A stretch of DNA of 62,215 nucleotides, counting the filler, from Sphacelaria rigidula (Eukaryota), in assembly GCA_964200075.2 (NCBI GenBank). It is 4 parts of 4 records of this genome, joined end to end, with 100 filler letters (N's around TTAATTAATTAA, not from the genome) between each part and the next. Parts side by side here need not be neighbours in the genome. Positions count along the whole stretch, not along the records: positions 1 to 15,481 come from CAXNAA020001728.1; 3 more parts are not named here. The stretch is one strand, 5' to 3'. The notes under the pieces were generated by a model. The model worked only from the letters and a program-made list of their open reading frames with translations, was not told where the DNA came from and made no database searches. Shown in pieces: positions 1-12,324 of this stretch (positions are counted from its first letter, which is position 1; each line of letters begins with the position of its first letter). A program made the translations under genes and the position numbers.

Positions 1-904
1 GGGGGGGGGGGGGGGGTCCACCCCTTCCCGTGCAGGTAGGTGGGTGCTGTGTTTCTCTCCCCCCCCCCCCCCCCCCCCCCCCTGCCGCCGTTGTTGCACG
101 ACTCCGGGATCCAAACGTCTGGAGGTATGTTGTATTCTGTTGTTCCAGGTGCTGTTCATGTTGCACCACGGGCGAGGGCTCTAGGGGTTGTTTTCGAATT
201 GCACCAATAAGATCCAGCACCCCAGTGAATCTGGACGGGTAGACGGAGAAGATACGCAACTCGAGCAATGGTATGAACGAAAAGTCGTACGCGCCACGGT
301 AAACGTTTGTCTGACGCGGTCAGAACCGACACGTTTTTCTACAAATATTGTCTTTCTGGTGCAAACAGGTAAGTGTGTCTCACTGTATTCTTGCCTTCTG
401 CCCCCCAACAACAGACGCCGTGCCTCCGTTCTAGATGCATGACCCATACCTCGATGCTGACCCGGTACCTCCGAGTTTCGCGTGGAGCTTCGATCTTTGG
501 CTACAGACTAGAGAGGCTCTCGATCATTCTAGTAGCTCCGATTCGAACTATGTCGCTCATTTGCTTCCAGTATTTATGTTGGCTTGTTGTGGTCATTTGG
601 TTTTTCCTTTGACAAGGGCGAGTAACGCTTACCCATCGTCCGATGTACTCATGTCTAGCTCGCTACTACATCAGCCGCCGTGCTCAGAAGTTGTAGCAAT
701 CGCCCAAGCGTGTGTATACTACTGTAGGGGATCTGCCTTGATGACTATTTTTCGTCAGCTGAGTTTACGCTGAGTGGGCACAAAACCGTGACTGTATTAT
801 CGCTCGCCGCAAAATACCTTGCACGCATTCCACGAAAACATGACTCATCTGTCCCCTCTTCGTCGGTTGGCTTTGTATGTACTACTCAAATGGCAATTAC
901 GCAG

Positions 905-1060
905 CTTATTAATGCTGTGATGCTACTCCAGAGCGCTGGCGTGACACACAACGACATTGCCCCCAGCAACATGACCCTCAAGCGCCTACCCAATGGCAGC
1001 TTCAAGCTCACTCTCGTCGACCTAGGCCTCGCCCAGATGAACAGCCCTATCTGGGACGAG
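905..1060 (+). CDS. Kinase exon with catalytic loop (HNDIAPSN) and DLG motif
   Basis: cag| acceptor at 904, |gtgagc donor at 1061, 52 open codons. Confidence 0.8.
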
Positions 1061-2719
1061 GTGAGCCGGAGTCACGCACAGGCCGCCGTTGTCGTTCTTC
1101 GACTGGAAGCGGTAGCAGACGATCGTTTAGCCTATTATCTATAGCAGCAGCAGCGATGGTTTATGGGTGGCAAGCCGGGTAGGAGGTTTGAAATCGGACT
1201 CCACGACCAGTGGGTGCCAGGCAAACGACCCCATACATCTGCCATTAACAGCCGATCATCGAAATCGAGAATGGAGCTTTTCATCGAGGATGTGAACCCG
1301 GACGATTGAAATCTTCGTAACCACACCAAATCTTCGGAACACAGTTCCATTTCTTCAGCTACCGGTAGCTATTGACAACTGCTATACGCCCTACAAATTT
1401 GGAATTCGATAACCGAAATGTTGGAGTCCCAGATGAAGAAACAATGTAGGGGAAATTTAGGCGATCCGGTCGGATTACCTAAATGCCCCCACATTGTTTC
1501 TTCATCTAGGACCCCAAAAATTCGGTCATCGGATTCCAAGTTTGTAGGGCGTGTAGCAGTTGTCGATAGTTACCGGTAGCTGAAGAAATGGAACCGTATT
1601 TCGAAGATTTGGTGTGGTCTCCTCCGGGGTTTCCATCCTCAGTGAAAGCTTCATCCTCAATTTCGATTATCGGCTGTTCATCAGTGTTTTGTAGCAGGGT
1701 CGAGACGGTATTCAGAAAAGGAAGTATCATTGCTGTCGGGTTTCAGCCAACCGACCGTGAGGCCCACATGGCTTGTTGCGCGCGGATACAGCACACTTAC
1801 TCGACACTGTCAAGTTGTATCATGCACAAAATGAACTTCAGTTCATGTATCGACATGAAATTTAGTGGTCAAGGGCTTCTCGCGACCTTTTGGTAGTAGC
1901 ATGTTCCGTCTCCAGCATACACATATAGTCAACTTGTCCACCTAATAAAGTGGTCTGTACCTGGCGTGCTCGTGCTGGACAGGACGACGTCGAGATTGGC
2001 CAGCACTCGCACTTCCCGACGAGCAACCGACCTAAGTACTGCTGCCCCCTTGCGGTGAGTACCCGCCCTCTTGGCGCATAGAAACGGATCTAATGTATAT
2101 ATATATATATATGTGTGTGTTTTTACCCGGCGCAGCGGGTCACAAACCCAAGTCGAACGTATCGACACGCTATGTGTTTAGACATCGTGGGATCTTTCAG
2201 GTATCTGATGGCCCGGAGATACCCTGTCGACTTTGTTAGGGATGCTTGCATGGAGATCGCTCACGTCGTTCCTCCCTACCCCACACTCCCGGATGCAATT
2301 GCGCTTCGGCACACGTACATAGCCCCAGAAACCTCGGGCTTGATATATTATGTTCTGTCGCGTGGTGTTTGAGCTCGAACATGCAGGAGCAGTCGGAGCT
2401 GCGTATTGTTGGTTGCTCTTGACTCGAAAGAAGCGTGACTAGTCTTCAGAAAGTACCTGCGAAACGCACCGAGAGGTTTGGAGGTCTCTGTTTGTCAGAC
2501 GCGGTCCGGGGTGGACATGCTCGTTCTCGGCACACGCGTACGTAGGCTTACGATATAATCTCACCGGCGGGTCTCGTGAATTTCGCAAAATCCGGATGCG
2601 CTGACATCATGGTGAGACATACCCTGTCCACATACATACGCGAGAGCGATAATCGGTCGGTACCTGTGTGACTTGATGGTATGCTTGAGCACGAACACAC
2701 ACGCGCGCGCGCGCACGCA

Positions 2720-2782
<63 letters not shown>

Positions 2783-4898
2783 ACACACACTATTTTGAGT
2801 GAACATTGGCGCTGACAGAACGGGCAGACATGACCGGGATCTATCCGGCATGTCCACCCATCACGTCCGGAACCGACACAGCATATGCCGCACAGCGCAC
2901 ATACGTCGCCGACCACACCTACTGTGTCAACTGTTTCGCTTCTTTATGTGTGCTCAGCTTCAATGCATTCCCCCGCGGCCTCAAACGTCCTGTTCTCAGC
3001 GTATGCGGTTGTTGATGCACAAAACCGGTCACCGACGCTCTGGTGGGTACCATGATGGCTGGGCTAGTGACATGTACGCGGCTGCCATGTGCATCGGCGA
3101 ACTGCGCGGATCGTATCCGCACCACTTGACTGTCACGGATCCCGCGGCGGCGTTTCCAGGAGACGAGTTCTCAGGTGTGTATGCACGAGACTGCCAACAA
3201 CACCTTCGGTGTCCGCCGTTGTCTTCAAAAGTAGTTGGACACACGACACGCGGATGTGGTACGGTCTTCGAAGTCTCGACATTACCGCCGACTGGTTGAT
3301 TTTCGGATGAGATGATACAGAGGTTCCGCAGCACAGCGCTTCAGTCCGGGGCCATCAGTATTGCGATCATGAGTCGGTTTTAGAGCAGCCATCACGTGGA
3401 GTACGAAAAGAGGGATGTCTGCGGGTGTACGTACAGTAGATACGTCCGATTCATCACGGGCCCCTCCACGTTTCCCCGAGTCCCCGAGAAGTATAGCTTA
3501 CATGTCATGTCTTCGTTCCAGAATGTCTCTGGTCTAGACGTTTTCCGAATGGCTTGGTGGGACTCGCTCTTTGCGAATTTCGAGGTCATTGATGTTCGCC
3601 AACTAGGTCAGTAACGCTTCCCTACAGCGGCCGAGTTTCGGTTTGTTGCTGTTGGTGTGATCGCCTTGTGTTATGACCTGTTGCGTCCACACATGCATGA
3701 CTGACAAGTGGTTCAGTTGATGGACGAGGCAGAGGCCACACCGAGTTGCAAACTGACCGAAGCGAAAAAACAAAGTCGCTTTGCTGAGGACAGGATCGAA
3801 AGTTATGTAGATACCTCCACCACTTTTGGAGTATGACGCATGTCGAAAGTTGAACGCTATAGTGCAGGCCCGCTCATAAGAATCGGCTACTTTGAGTGAG
3901 GCCCAAAACCTTACTTTGGCAGCCGATATGGGCGTTATTTCGCCGTTTCGCCATTTCTTACGACTGGCCAAGAACATTGCATCTATCTCTCATTTTGTGG
4001 CATTTCTCCTCACCAGCCCAGCAGTTTCTGTAAATTTCCTACGCCACTTATTCTTTACACGTACGAACTTCCGTTGCACGATATTTTGATCGAATTCCTG
4101 CCGCCCCGTATCTCATTTTCTTGAGGCAAATTCCTTAGTTTTTCGAAAATCTTAGTCTCAATTTCTTTGCGAAGATATTTCTCATGAGCGGGCCAGCACT
4201 GTAGTAGATATCGATATCGAGGGGGGCCTAGTAAATCTTGTGCTTGGTATCACGCAACGCGCGCGACCAATGCATGTCTCTATGTGACATGTGGGTACGG
4301 TTTCATTTTTCAATATTCGATAGAGGGCGTTTGCACCGGGGTAGCACTCGGATGTATACCGCCCGTGTCGCCCGCTTGCAACTGGCAGTGGTGCGCCAGG
4401 GCTACGCTATCTGTGGCCAAGGCGACGATTCTCCGGTCACAATCTAGATAAACCCTGATTTCAAACGCCGTATAGTTGCTCCCAAAGACAAGACTCGTCA
4501 ACTCTCTTGGCAGAAATATAGATATCCAATCAGTCTCCAAGATACCCTCCCCGGCTACCGTGACTTCTGGAGAACGGAAGGTGTGCGGTGTGAATCTGGT
4601 TTTCTGCGGTGGAGGTATAGCTAGTAATCTTTCTCGGCGATGACCTTTCACGCCCTGGTCCCTTGCGGGAGAACCTCAACTCCGCACAATGGGGATGATC
4701 GTAGTGTCCGTCGTTGGACCGCATCTTAATAGATAGGGTGCATGCTTACGATACCCTTCCCTCAACCCCCCTTCTTGTATACGCTTGATATGCATGTACG
4801 TCCTCACAGACCTGGCGGAGCTCCTGCGCAGGTTGACCACCTGGACCGCAGACGAGCGCTGGGGGGTAGACGAGGTCATCGCCAGCCCGTTCTTCCAG
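905..4898 (+). CDS. Multi-exon protein kinase-like gene, C-lobe (subdomains VIa-XI); exons 905-1060, 1983-2054, 3000-3174, 3321-~3424/3430, 3522-3606, 4810-4898
   Basis: AG/GT-bounded exons with compatible phases (0/0, 0/0, 0/1, 1/0, 0/1, 1/0) splice to LINAVMLLQSAGVTHNDIAPSN...VDLGLA...|DDVEIG...RPKYCCPLA|...WASDMYAAAMCIGEL...|...|NVSGLDV...RQL|DLAELLRRLTTWTADERWGVDEVIASPFFQ. Catalytic loop, DFG-like DLG, subdomain IX and subdomain XI are recognisable. N-lobe exons not resolved. Confidence 0.75.
1247..1678. mobile_element. Foldback MITE (AACAGCCGAT...ATCGGCTGTT) in a kinase intron
   Basis: ~430-bp imperfect palindrome centred near 1468; flanks CATT/CATC; homologous copy at 6479-6938. Confidence 0.8.
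2693..2790. repeat. (CA)n/(GC)n microsatellite
   Basis: Directly visible dinucleotide run. Confidence 0.95.
4810..4898 (+). CDS. Kinase exon, subdomain XI (LLRRLTTWTADERWGVDEVIASPFF)
   Basis: cacag| ... cag|gtgagt; phase 1 matches the exon ending at 3606. Confidence 0.75.
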
Positions 4899-6478
4899 GT
4901 GAGTTTGTCTTGTCGCATTGGTACAACGCGATGTTCCTTCACATGGGGTCACACACCGTGAGGAGAGATGGGTTGACTGATTTTTTCCCGATCTGCACTT
5001 CATCTATCGTCTAGCTAGAGCTGTGTAAGCATGCGCGATGAACAATGCGGCCGTCATCGCGGGTATCTTGGGGATATCGATGGATGGGTGTCACGGAAAA
5101 AATGTGAGGTTTTTGCCCATAAGCGCTTTTTGAACGAGCTAGGCCAGCCTAGAGGCGGGGCTGTATCTCGTAGGCAGCTTTGCCGCTCAGTTTTGAGAGT
5201 TGTGCTTTGAAAATTTGGTGTCGAGAAGCGCAAGTGCGTAATAAAAGGACGTGCCTCAAGACATTGCTATCTATATTGAGCTATGGGGTGTACTCATGAT
5301 CTTGCATGCTGTAGTCATGGGAGCATTTACCTCGCATCCCTACGAAGGCGGGACGGAGCACGTCGGGTTTTCGCCGGACCAGGCTCGCGATCATTAACCA
5401 AGCGCGAAGCGCCGTGGTGTGTTCGGCGAGTCGCATGAAGGGTGAGCTGCACCCTGCATTGTTCGGCCCGAGGCATAATGATTATCTTGTCTTCGGATGA
5501 CAGCCTCCAATGAGTTGCTTCATATCGTGGTATTGCCACTTTCAGAGACAACCACGGTGTCTACACTGCCTCATGGGCGTCTCACCATTTAACACTGCGT
5601 AATATAATCATCCCCTTTGCGCGGAGTTGAGGTTCTCCCATCCCGCACAATGGGATCTAGCTCGACCCCCATCATGGTTACCGCAAAAAAAACGCAAGCG
5701 CGCAAGCAAATCGGCAACCTGGTTGCCTACCTGACGCAGTGAGTGGCGTGTTTTACAGCGTCATTGCCAACCGATGCCAACCCCGTAGGGGGTCCGTCCC
5801 TTCAAAGCCGGGACGGAGCACGCCGGTTCCTCGCCGGACCAGACTAAGTATTGAGCTACGGGGGGGGAAAGAAGATGACTTTTCCACCGATTACGTCTTC
5901 AACTCATGAAATAGAAGGTAAATAATGTCTTAGCCTAAGTTTCGTCTCAATGCCCTTGCGATTCTCCACGCCAAATTTCGAAGCATAACCCTCACAACAG
6001 AGCTGCTAAATCGAGATTTACAGGCTTGGCCATCCTAGAAATAGAGCTGTATGTCGTAATAACAGGCAATTTTAGGACTCCGTTTTGAAATTTTTGCTCT
6101 GAAATTTGGTGCGGAGGATCGCAAGGCATACGAGTTGGTGAACGCTTATCGCCTAGAAATATTTCATCCGTACATGTTCACGCCGGTTCTTAGAATTAGA
6201 CTGTGAAAAAATTGCATACAGATGCTATGAGAGATTAAAAAACAAGTTTCATGGTTGTGCTCTTTTGTTCTTTGACTTTTCCGCCAGTTATCGGGGGTCC
6301 CAGCGTCCTGGGAGGTCACATGCCCTTTTGGTGCCTCCTATAACGGGGGGAAAATAAACAAAAGGCCCGATGCCTGAAAAATTTCTCCATGTCCCATAGC
6401 ATATGCATGAACAAAATCAGAGTCTAGCTTCAAGAATTAGCGTGAACAATCGCTCCAACGCGCGATGAGGTGAGCTGA

Positions 6479-6938
6479 AACAGCCGACTATCAAATTGAG
6501 GATGGGGCTTTTTCATTGATAATGATAACCCGGAAAATTCAAAACCTTCGTAATTCCTCATCAATTCTTCGGAATATGGTTGCATTCCTTCACGTACTGG
6601 TAGCTATTGATAACTACTGTCCACCATACAAGTTTGAATTTCGACAACCAAAATTCGAGGTCTTGATAAAAAAACAAAAAGGGGGATATTTTTTTAATCA
6701 ATACGGACTACCCAATAAATATCACAGAATTTTTTCCCACCTACAAGTAGAACCTCAACATTTTGGTCATCCGAATCCTAACTTGTATGGCGTGAAGAAC
6801 TCGTCAGTAGCTAGGAGTAGGTGGAGGAATGCAACCATATTTCGAATATTTTGGGAGGATACGAAAGCTTTGCTTTTATTTTTCAGGGTCATCATCCTCC
6901 ATGAAGAGATCCATCCTCAATTTCGATGATCGGCTGTT
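6479..6938. mobile_element. Foldback MITE, same family as 1247-1678
   Basis: AACAGCCGA...TCGGCTGTT termini, long internal inverted arms, homology to 1247-1678. Confidence 0.75.
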
Positions 6939-8626
6939 CTTGAAAGGTACAAGATCGTAGCTACTTACGTTTGTTATCGGAACGACTCTCGGGGTAATAA
7001 GCTTCACGTTAGAACGATTTCATGAGTTTTTCGAGTTCCGCAACGAAACTTTGGTCAAATATCCCTTGAACTATCCCCGCGCGCACCATTGGTTTCTTTT
7101 TCATTCTTTTTCATTCTGCATCGACTTCCGGGTGTCTCAGCGGGAAGATTCTCGGAACCTGGTGAAGCTTTTATATTTTTTATTCATACCTTCTTTTTTT
7201 TTTCATTTCATACACCAATACCTGCCAATTTGCCAAGTTTGAGGGCGTTCGGACCTATTCCACCACAGGTATGAGGGAAAACGTCGGGAGGCGTTCTGGG
7301 TTTCTGATGTCCATCATCAATCATCAGTGGAAACCCAACGACGCCAAACCCCACATCACCGAAATACCAGGCTTTTGAGTATAAATTGATCCCATAACAA
7401 CTGTTCTCAAAATTTTCTTTCCGTTAGATTCCCAGCTTGATGGTAGGGTTACTGCGATATGAATCATATGTGGAGATTGGGTAGGAACTGGGTTGGGAAT
7501 TCTTACTGTGAGTTCAGAAGCAATTTGGAGGTCGTTGATTCGTCGAGGATCCGTTTCCCCCTTAGCCCCACCGCTATGGTCTTGATACAAAAATCTAGCC
7601 GTGTTACCCTCTTCAGTTATCCATAGTGGCCAGTATGATGCCTACTTACGAGTATTGGGTAGATATTACGGAAGGCATTTTGATGGGGGAATTTCGGGTC
7701 GAAACCGTGAATCGGTCTGTGATTAAAAACTTAGGCTGAGATATTGAGATTCTCTTTTTTTCATGAGTCGAGGACGTTTTCTCTACTCTATGGATCCCTT
7801 TTTGAGAAATATATGCGTAACCCATGAGAAAACCTCAGTGCCTCGCCGGACGTTCTTATTATGCTCTTGCAACTCTCCATACCAACTTTTGGAGCACAAC
7901 TCTAAAAACTGAGCGGCGAAATCCAGATTGAGCGTGCAAGGAGTTGAGGGCAATACAAGGCATGATCAATTCTTCACCGAAACGACCTCGACTCATGAAG
8001 AATAAACAAAGTCTCGACATGCCTAATGTGATATCCTTAGTTTGTCTCTGCGATATTCTACACAAAATTTCAATGCACAACTCTTGCAACTGAGACGCGG
8101 AATCCAGTTTTTAGTGCATTTGGTGCCTCTCCTCGTGATACATCGATTTCAGTGTGGAACCTTATGCTCGCCGCCTCTCTCGATAGATGGCGATTTAGGT
8201 GACCGTGGGGGTACCAATCATTTTCCCGTGCCCCCGAGGAATGTTTACACCAAACTCGGTGTCATCCGCCCTACATATTTTCCGGGTATGCGCATCGACT
8301 CTAGTACTGAGATATCTCCGTACGGCACGCGATTTACTCGCCACGGCCTTCGATCAACGAGGAAGCATTCGACCCGTCTGTTGAGTAGACAATCATGTGC
8401 TCCTCGATTATCAGACGACTAACAAGGCGTGCGGATCACCACCGCCCAATCTGTCTGCGTCAATGAGATGAGACTGTGACGGCTCAAGTCCATTTTTTCG
8501 GCTAACCCAGCCTGTATTGGTCGAGTCTTTGGTTGAATACTAGCCATGCCCTGCGAGTGTTGGCTAAAATCAGTGGATTTGACGTGCCGTGGAAATTCGA
8601 TGGGACCTTTTTTTCTTATATGCTCA

Positions 8627-9103
8627 GGTCACTTCTTATGTACAGAAAAATCTTGTTGGAAAGTGCATTTTTGGTGCTTCTCCGTCACGTTACGCCCGGA
8701 AAAAGGGTTAGGTGGATGTTGACACGTTGGAATGACTTACTCTACTCGTTGAGGCGGTTTTGGGACACCTTCGTGTTTTCCGGTGGCCGCAGTTTTTTCT
8801 TTTTTTCTGGCCAAATTCGCATCCTCACAATAACAGATACAGACGGTCAATATATTTTAAAACTGGTAGTTTTCCCCTGTTTTTTTGCAACTTGGCCGTT
8901 TGATATTGAAGATGACAGTTTGGCAAAACAAAAAACTGCGGCTACCGGTGAACGCAAGGGTATCCTGGAACGGTCTCAACTAGGAGAGCAAATCATTCTA
9001 AGCTGTTAGCATCCGCCTAGCCCTCATTTGGGGCGTCAAAATATGAAGAAGGACCAAAAGGGCAGTTTCCGACAAGATTGTTCTTTATATACAAGAAGTG
9101 GTT
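8627..9103. mobile_element. Harbinger/Tourist-like foldback MITE (family also at 27020-27490 and 27506-27939)
   Basis: GGTCACTTCT...AGAAGTGG termini; palindromic arms homologous to the 27-kb copies. Confidence 0.7.
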
Positions 9104-9636
9104 TACGACCTGTTTTCCAGCACCAGTCATGAGTATTCATTTGTTGGGGAGCATAGGGTGTAGCACGTTAAAGAAACACGGCAACACTTTTGTAGGGCCA
9201 ACGGGATCAATCCGTCTTGATGCCTGTGGCTTAGGAGCGAGGTCTGTTGTACTCTCACCAGAATTCTATTGGATACACAGAAATTGTCCTCCTCCAGTGC
9301 TCGGCTTTTGCAGGTGATTCTAGTCTGCATCACAGGCCTGTAGTAGTCGCCATGGTAAGGAAAGTCAAGAGGCGGGGATACTCTGCAACGGCGATCTGCA
9401 TAATGAGTGTTAAAACACCCTGAGTTTCGGACCTTCGCCGATTTGAAGGGAACAATACCACAGAAAACTCGCGATTCCTCTTGGTTCCATGCATGATATT
9501 TGGTGACCATGCGATGACAACGGAGGTCTTGTTTGATGCAGTACGCATGTTCGACGCGTTTGACGCTGGGGCCTTTTCCGTCGGCGTTGTTGATTTCCGA
9601 TATGTATATGTGATGTCACCCGAAACAACTACACAG

Positions 9637-10548
9637 AAGTGGAAGCGGAACACGACATACGCGGGCAAGAAGATGGAGACCCGCACTCCGCCAGCTTCAC
9701 CCTTCCGCGTGGACTGGTTGGGGCGTCTCAAGGAGATGGGAGCGTTGATCGAAACATCTAGCGATGGGTCATCATGGGCCTCCTCGACCGGCAGTATTCC
9801 TCCTCCACCACAGCTCTCTGTGGCCTCCGCGTCCAAGGCAGCGACGGCGGGATCCGCCTCGCGTCCGCAGCGGCCAACTGCCACCCCCGGGCCTGAAGTA
9901 GAGATATTTGGCGGGTCTGCATCGCAAGCAGCACCTACAGTATCAGCCCAGCCCTCTGTGGCTCCGGCGGCAGCGGTATCGGCCACGGTGGAGTCTAAGG
10001 CTCGACTTCGACCGTCGGCTGCCGTCTCTGTGCATTCACCTCCGACAATGAAAGTGTCCAACGTGCGTCCTGTCTCAACCGCATCGGCCGACACGGTTGT
10101 CGCGCCAGCGGGATCGACCACGGCGAAGTTGAAGGCTCAGCGCCGACCATCGGCTGCCACCCCCGTGGGTCCGCCTCCGGCGATGGAGCCTTCCAACGCG
10201 CGTTCTACCCCGGCCAAAGCGGCTGTCGTGCCAGCGGCATCGGCCAGGGTGAAGGTTAAAGCTCAACGGCGATCATTGACTGCCGCCCATGTGGGTCCGC
10301 CTCCGGCGATTGGACTGTCCAACGTGCCCCCTGTCTCGACTGCATCAGTCAATGAGGTTGTCGCGCCAGCGGCAGGTGCCTCTACACAGATGGATGATGC
10401 ACTCGGCAGTGCTGCGACTGCCGGTGGTAGCAGGGTGAGGACGGCGTTGTCGGTGCTGGGAACGGGGGTGACCAATATTTTCAGGGCGGCGAGAGCATAC
10501 GCAACGGCTCCCCAGACAGCACGGGACATTCCTCAGGCAGCAGCGCCG
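9637..10548 (+). CDS. Large exon encoding an Ala/Pro/Ser-rich disordered region with three ~43-aa repeats; possibly the continuation of the kinase gene
   Basis: Within ORF 9481..10638; acacag| acceptor, |gttagt donor, phase 0/0, 304 open GC-rich codons; internal KAQRR..GPPPA..SNV repeats. Confidence 0.6.
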
Positions 10549-11760
10549 GTTAGTATTGTGCAGTTGTGCTCGCTGCTGTTTTCCTTTGTGCGGGAGTTGC
10601 AGTATTTTGCAAGCAGTGCGGGTCGGGTGGTCTTGTGACCCCAGTAGTTACGTGGTCTTATGCTCCCCGTAGTTTTTACCGCCTGAAGTAGTGCGTCTCT
10701 GCTGTTCCATCGAGGGCGGGATATACGTCTTTGTACTGTGCATGTCAAGCCGTTCCTACGGTACAGTCGTTGATTCGATATCTGCGCGTCAGAAGGTTGA
10801 TGGTGTTTGATCGATATCATTATATATAATAGAGGGTTACCATAGAAATGTCGTTTTTGTTCAGTGGGTTGAGGTGCAGCGATCCATGATTGGTCGTATT
10901 TCCCCTTTTCATAGGCAAAGTCATGCAATGCACTGTATACGGCTGTCTTGTAATCCTCGATGTTGAAGTCGGACCGAAGGAGAGACTTGGACTAAATGGG
11001 CTCGTCGCAGGTGAAACATATGGGAATTTGTCGCACCATTTTGTCGCGCATGCTTTGCCTTGCGGAGCGCGACCCAGCGCCCTTGGTGGTAAAGCATCCG
11101 CCTCAAGTCGATGAAACTGAAGTTGGTGTGGCAATTGTCGGGAAAACTCGGGTTTTCCCCAAGCGATATCGAGCCGGAAACCTTGACCGTCTTACGCGCG
11201 TGCGTCTTGACCAACAAATTGCTCATCTTGATGCCAATTATGTAACATCGGGCGGTGGGTGAGGTGCACGTCGGGATCTGCCTACTCCGTCGTGCGATCA
11301 TCCAGGACCACGTGGCGTCAGTAAAAAAACAAGTCACGGCTCTCTAAGCCATACCCATCTCCGCGCCAAGACGTTTGCGTCGGGTTCGCGCCGGAGATGC
11401 CACGGTGTAGAGACAATATCTTCTTGGTCCGGCACAGGAAATGTCAGCTACGTCACTCGGAAACTCATTCAAAAGCCAAAAACCCTCGACGCCCCTTCCA
11501 GAGTGCTGTTTTCCAGCAGTACGGTAACAATAACTGTGCTTGACGGCTAGAGTACGAACGAATTCGGCGCTCTATTGCACGTTTACCCACTGCCAAGCGT
11601 TTGAGTTACTATTTTACCCTGTCATCGCAGCAACTATACTGGCTGCTTTCTGGCTGTCTGTAGGGGACGACCTACCAGGAATAGCTCCCGCTTTGCTTGA
11701 TGTTGCCCCTCTTATTTTTTATGGTACCAGCCGTCGTGGCCATGGCGGTTACGGCCATTA

Positions 11761-11800
11761 CTGTTGTTGTTGCTGCTGCTGCTGTTGCTGTTGTTGTTGC
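11761..11800. repeat. (TGT/TGC)n trinucleotide microsatellite
   Basis: Directly visible. Confidence 0.9.
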
Positions 11801-11871
11801 ATGTGTCACCAATGAAGTCATCAATGAAGTCATTGGGTACTGTTTGTCGCTTTGTTGGCCCTCTCCTTCAG

Positions 11872-12324
11872 GCTGCCGACGGCAGGAGGAGGAAGCGATC
11901 GTTGGGCGATGATGAGGCCATCTGTGCAACCAACGCCGGCGGCGGCGAAGTCGGGGACAGGGGGGGAGACTGGATCGGGAACGGGACATACCCGCACATC
12001 GTTGACAGGACCAAGAAGGCCAGGAGGACAGGCGGGGCACACCAGACCGGCGCATGGGGCGGGGCTATGCGCGACATGCCTCCGAGACGATGTAGGTTCC
12101 TCGGCCGCTGTACGGCGAGTTGGACGATACAACGCTTCGCTTCATCATACGTATCATCAGTACCGATTTTCCAACAGCTTGGCCGTCGTGTCTATCGGGG
12201 GCTGCCACGGGACAACTTTATACGGCTTTTTTCAAACGTGCTTGCCGGTAGATCTGCTTCCCGATCAGCAGCATTGAAACAGAGACTTATTTACCACCAA
12301 CTATTTGCAAGCAAACACTGCTAG
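11872..12324 (+). CDS. Probable terminal exon with basic NLS-like motifs (RRRKRS, RTKKARR)
   Basis: ctccttcag| acceptor, phase 0, GC-rich, in frame with ORF 11764..12324. Confidence 0.4.
   Translation, partial: AADGRRRKRSLGDDEAICATNAGGGEVGDRGGDWIGNGTYPHIVDRTKKARRTGGAHQTGAWGGAMRDMPPRRCRFLGRCTASWTIQRFASSYVSSVPIFQQLGRRVYRGLPRDNFIRLFSNVLAGRSASRSAALKQRLIYHQLFASKHC

Noticed and set aside
2200..2905. Additional kinase exons (2201, 2387, 2819)
   Set aside because: Splice-like sites exist, but phases and stops do not fit the spliced frame
8533..9009. Protein family 'WNDLLYSLRRF' seen in ORFs at 8533, 27034 and 27586
   Set aside because: Translations of a palindromic non-coding Harbinger MITE
9330..10121. 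263-aa minus-strand ORF
   Set aside because: Shadow of the GC-rich + strand exon
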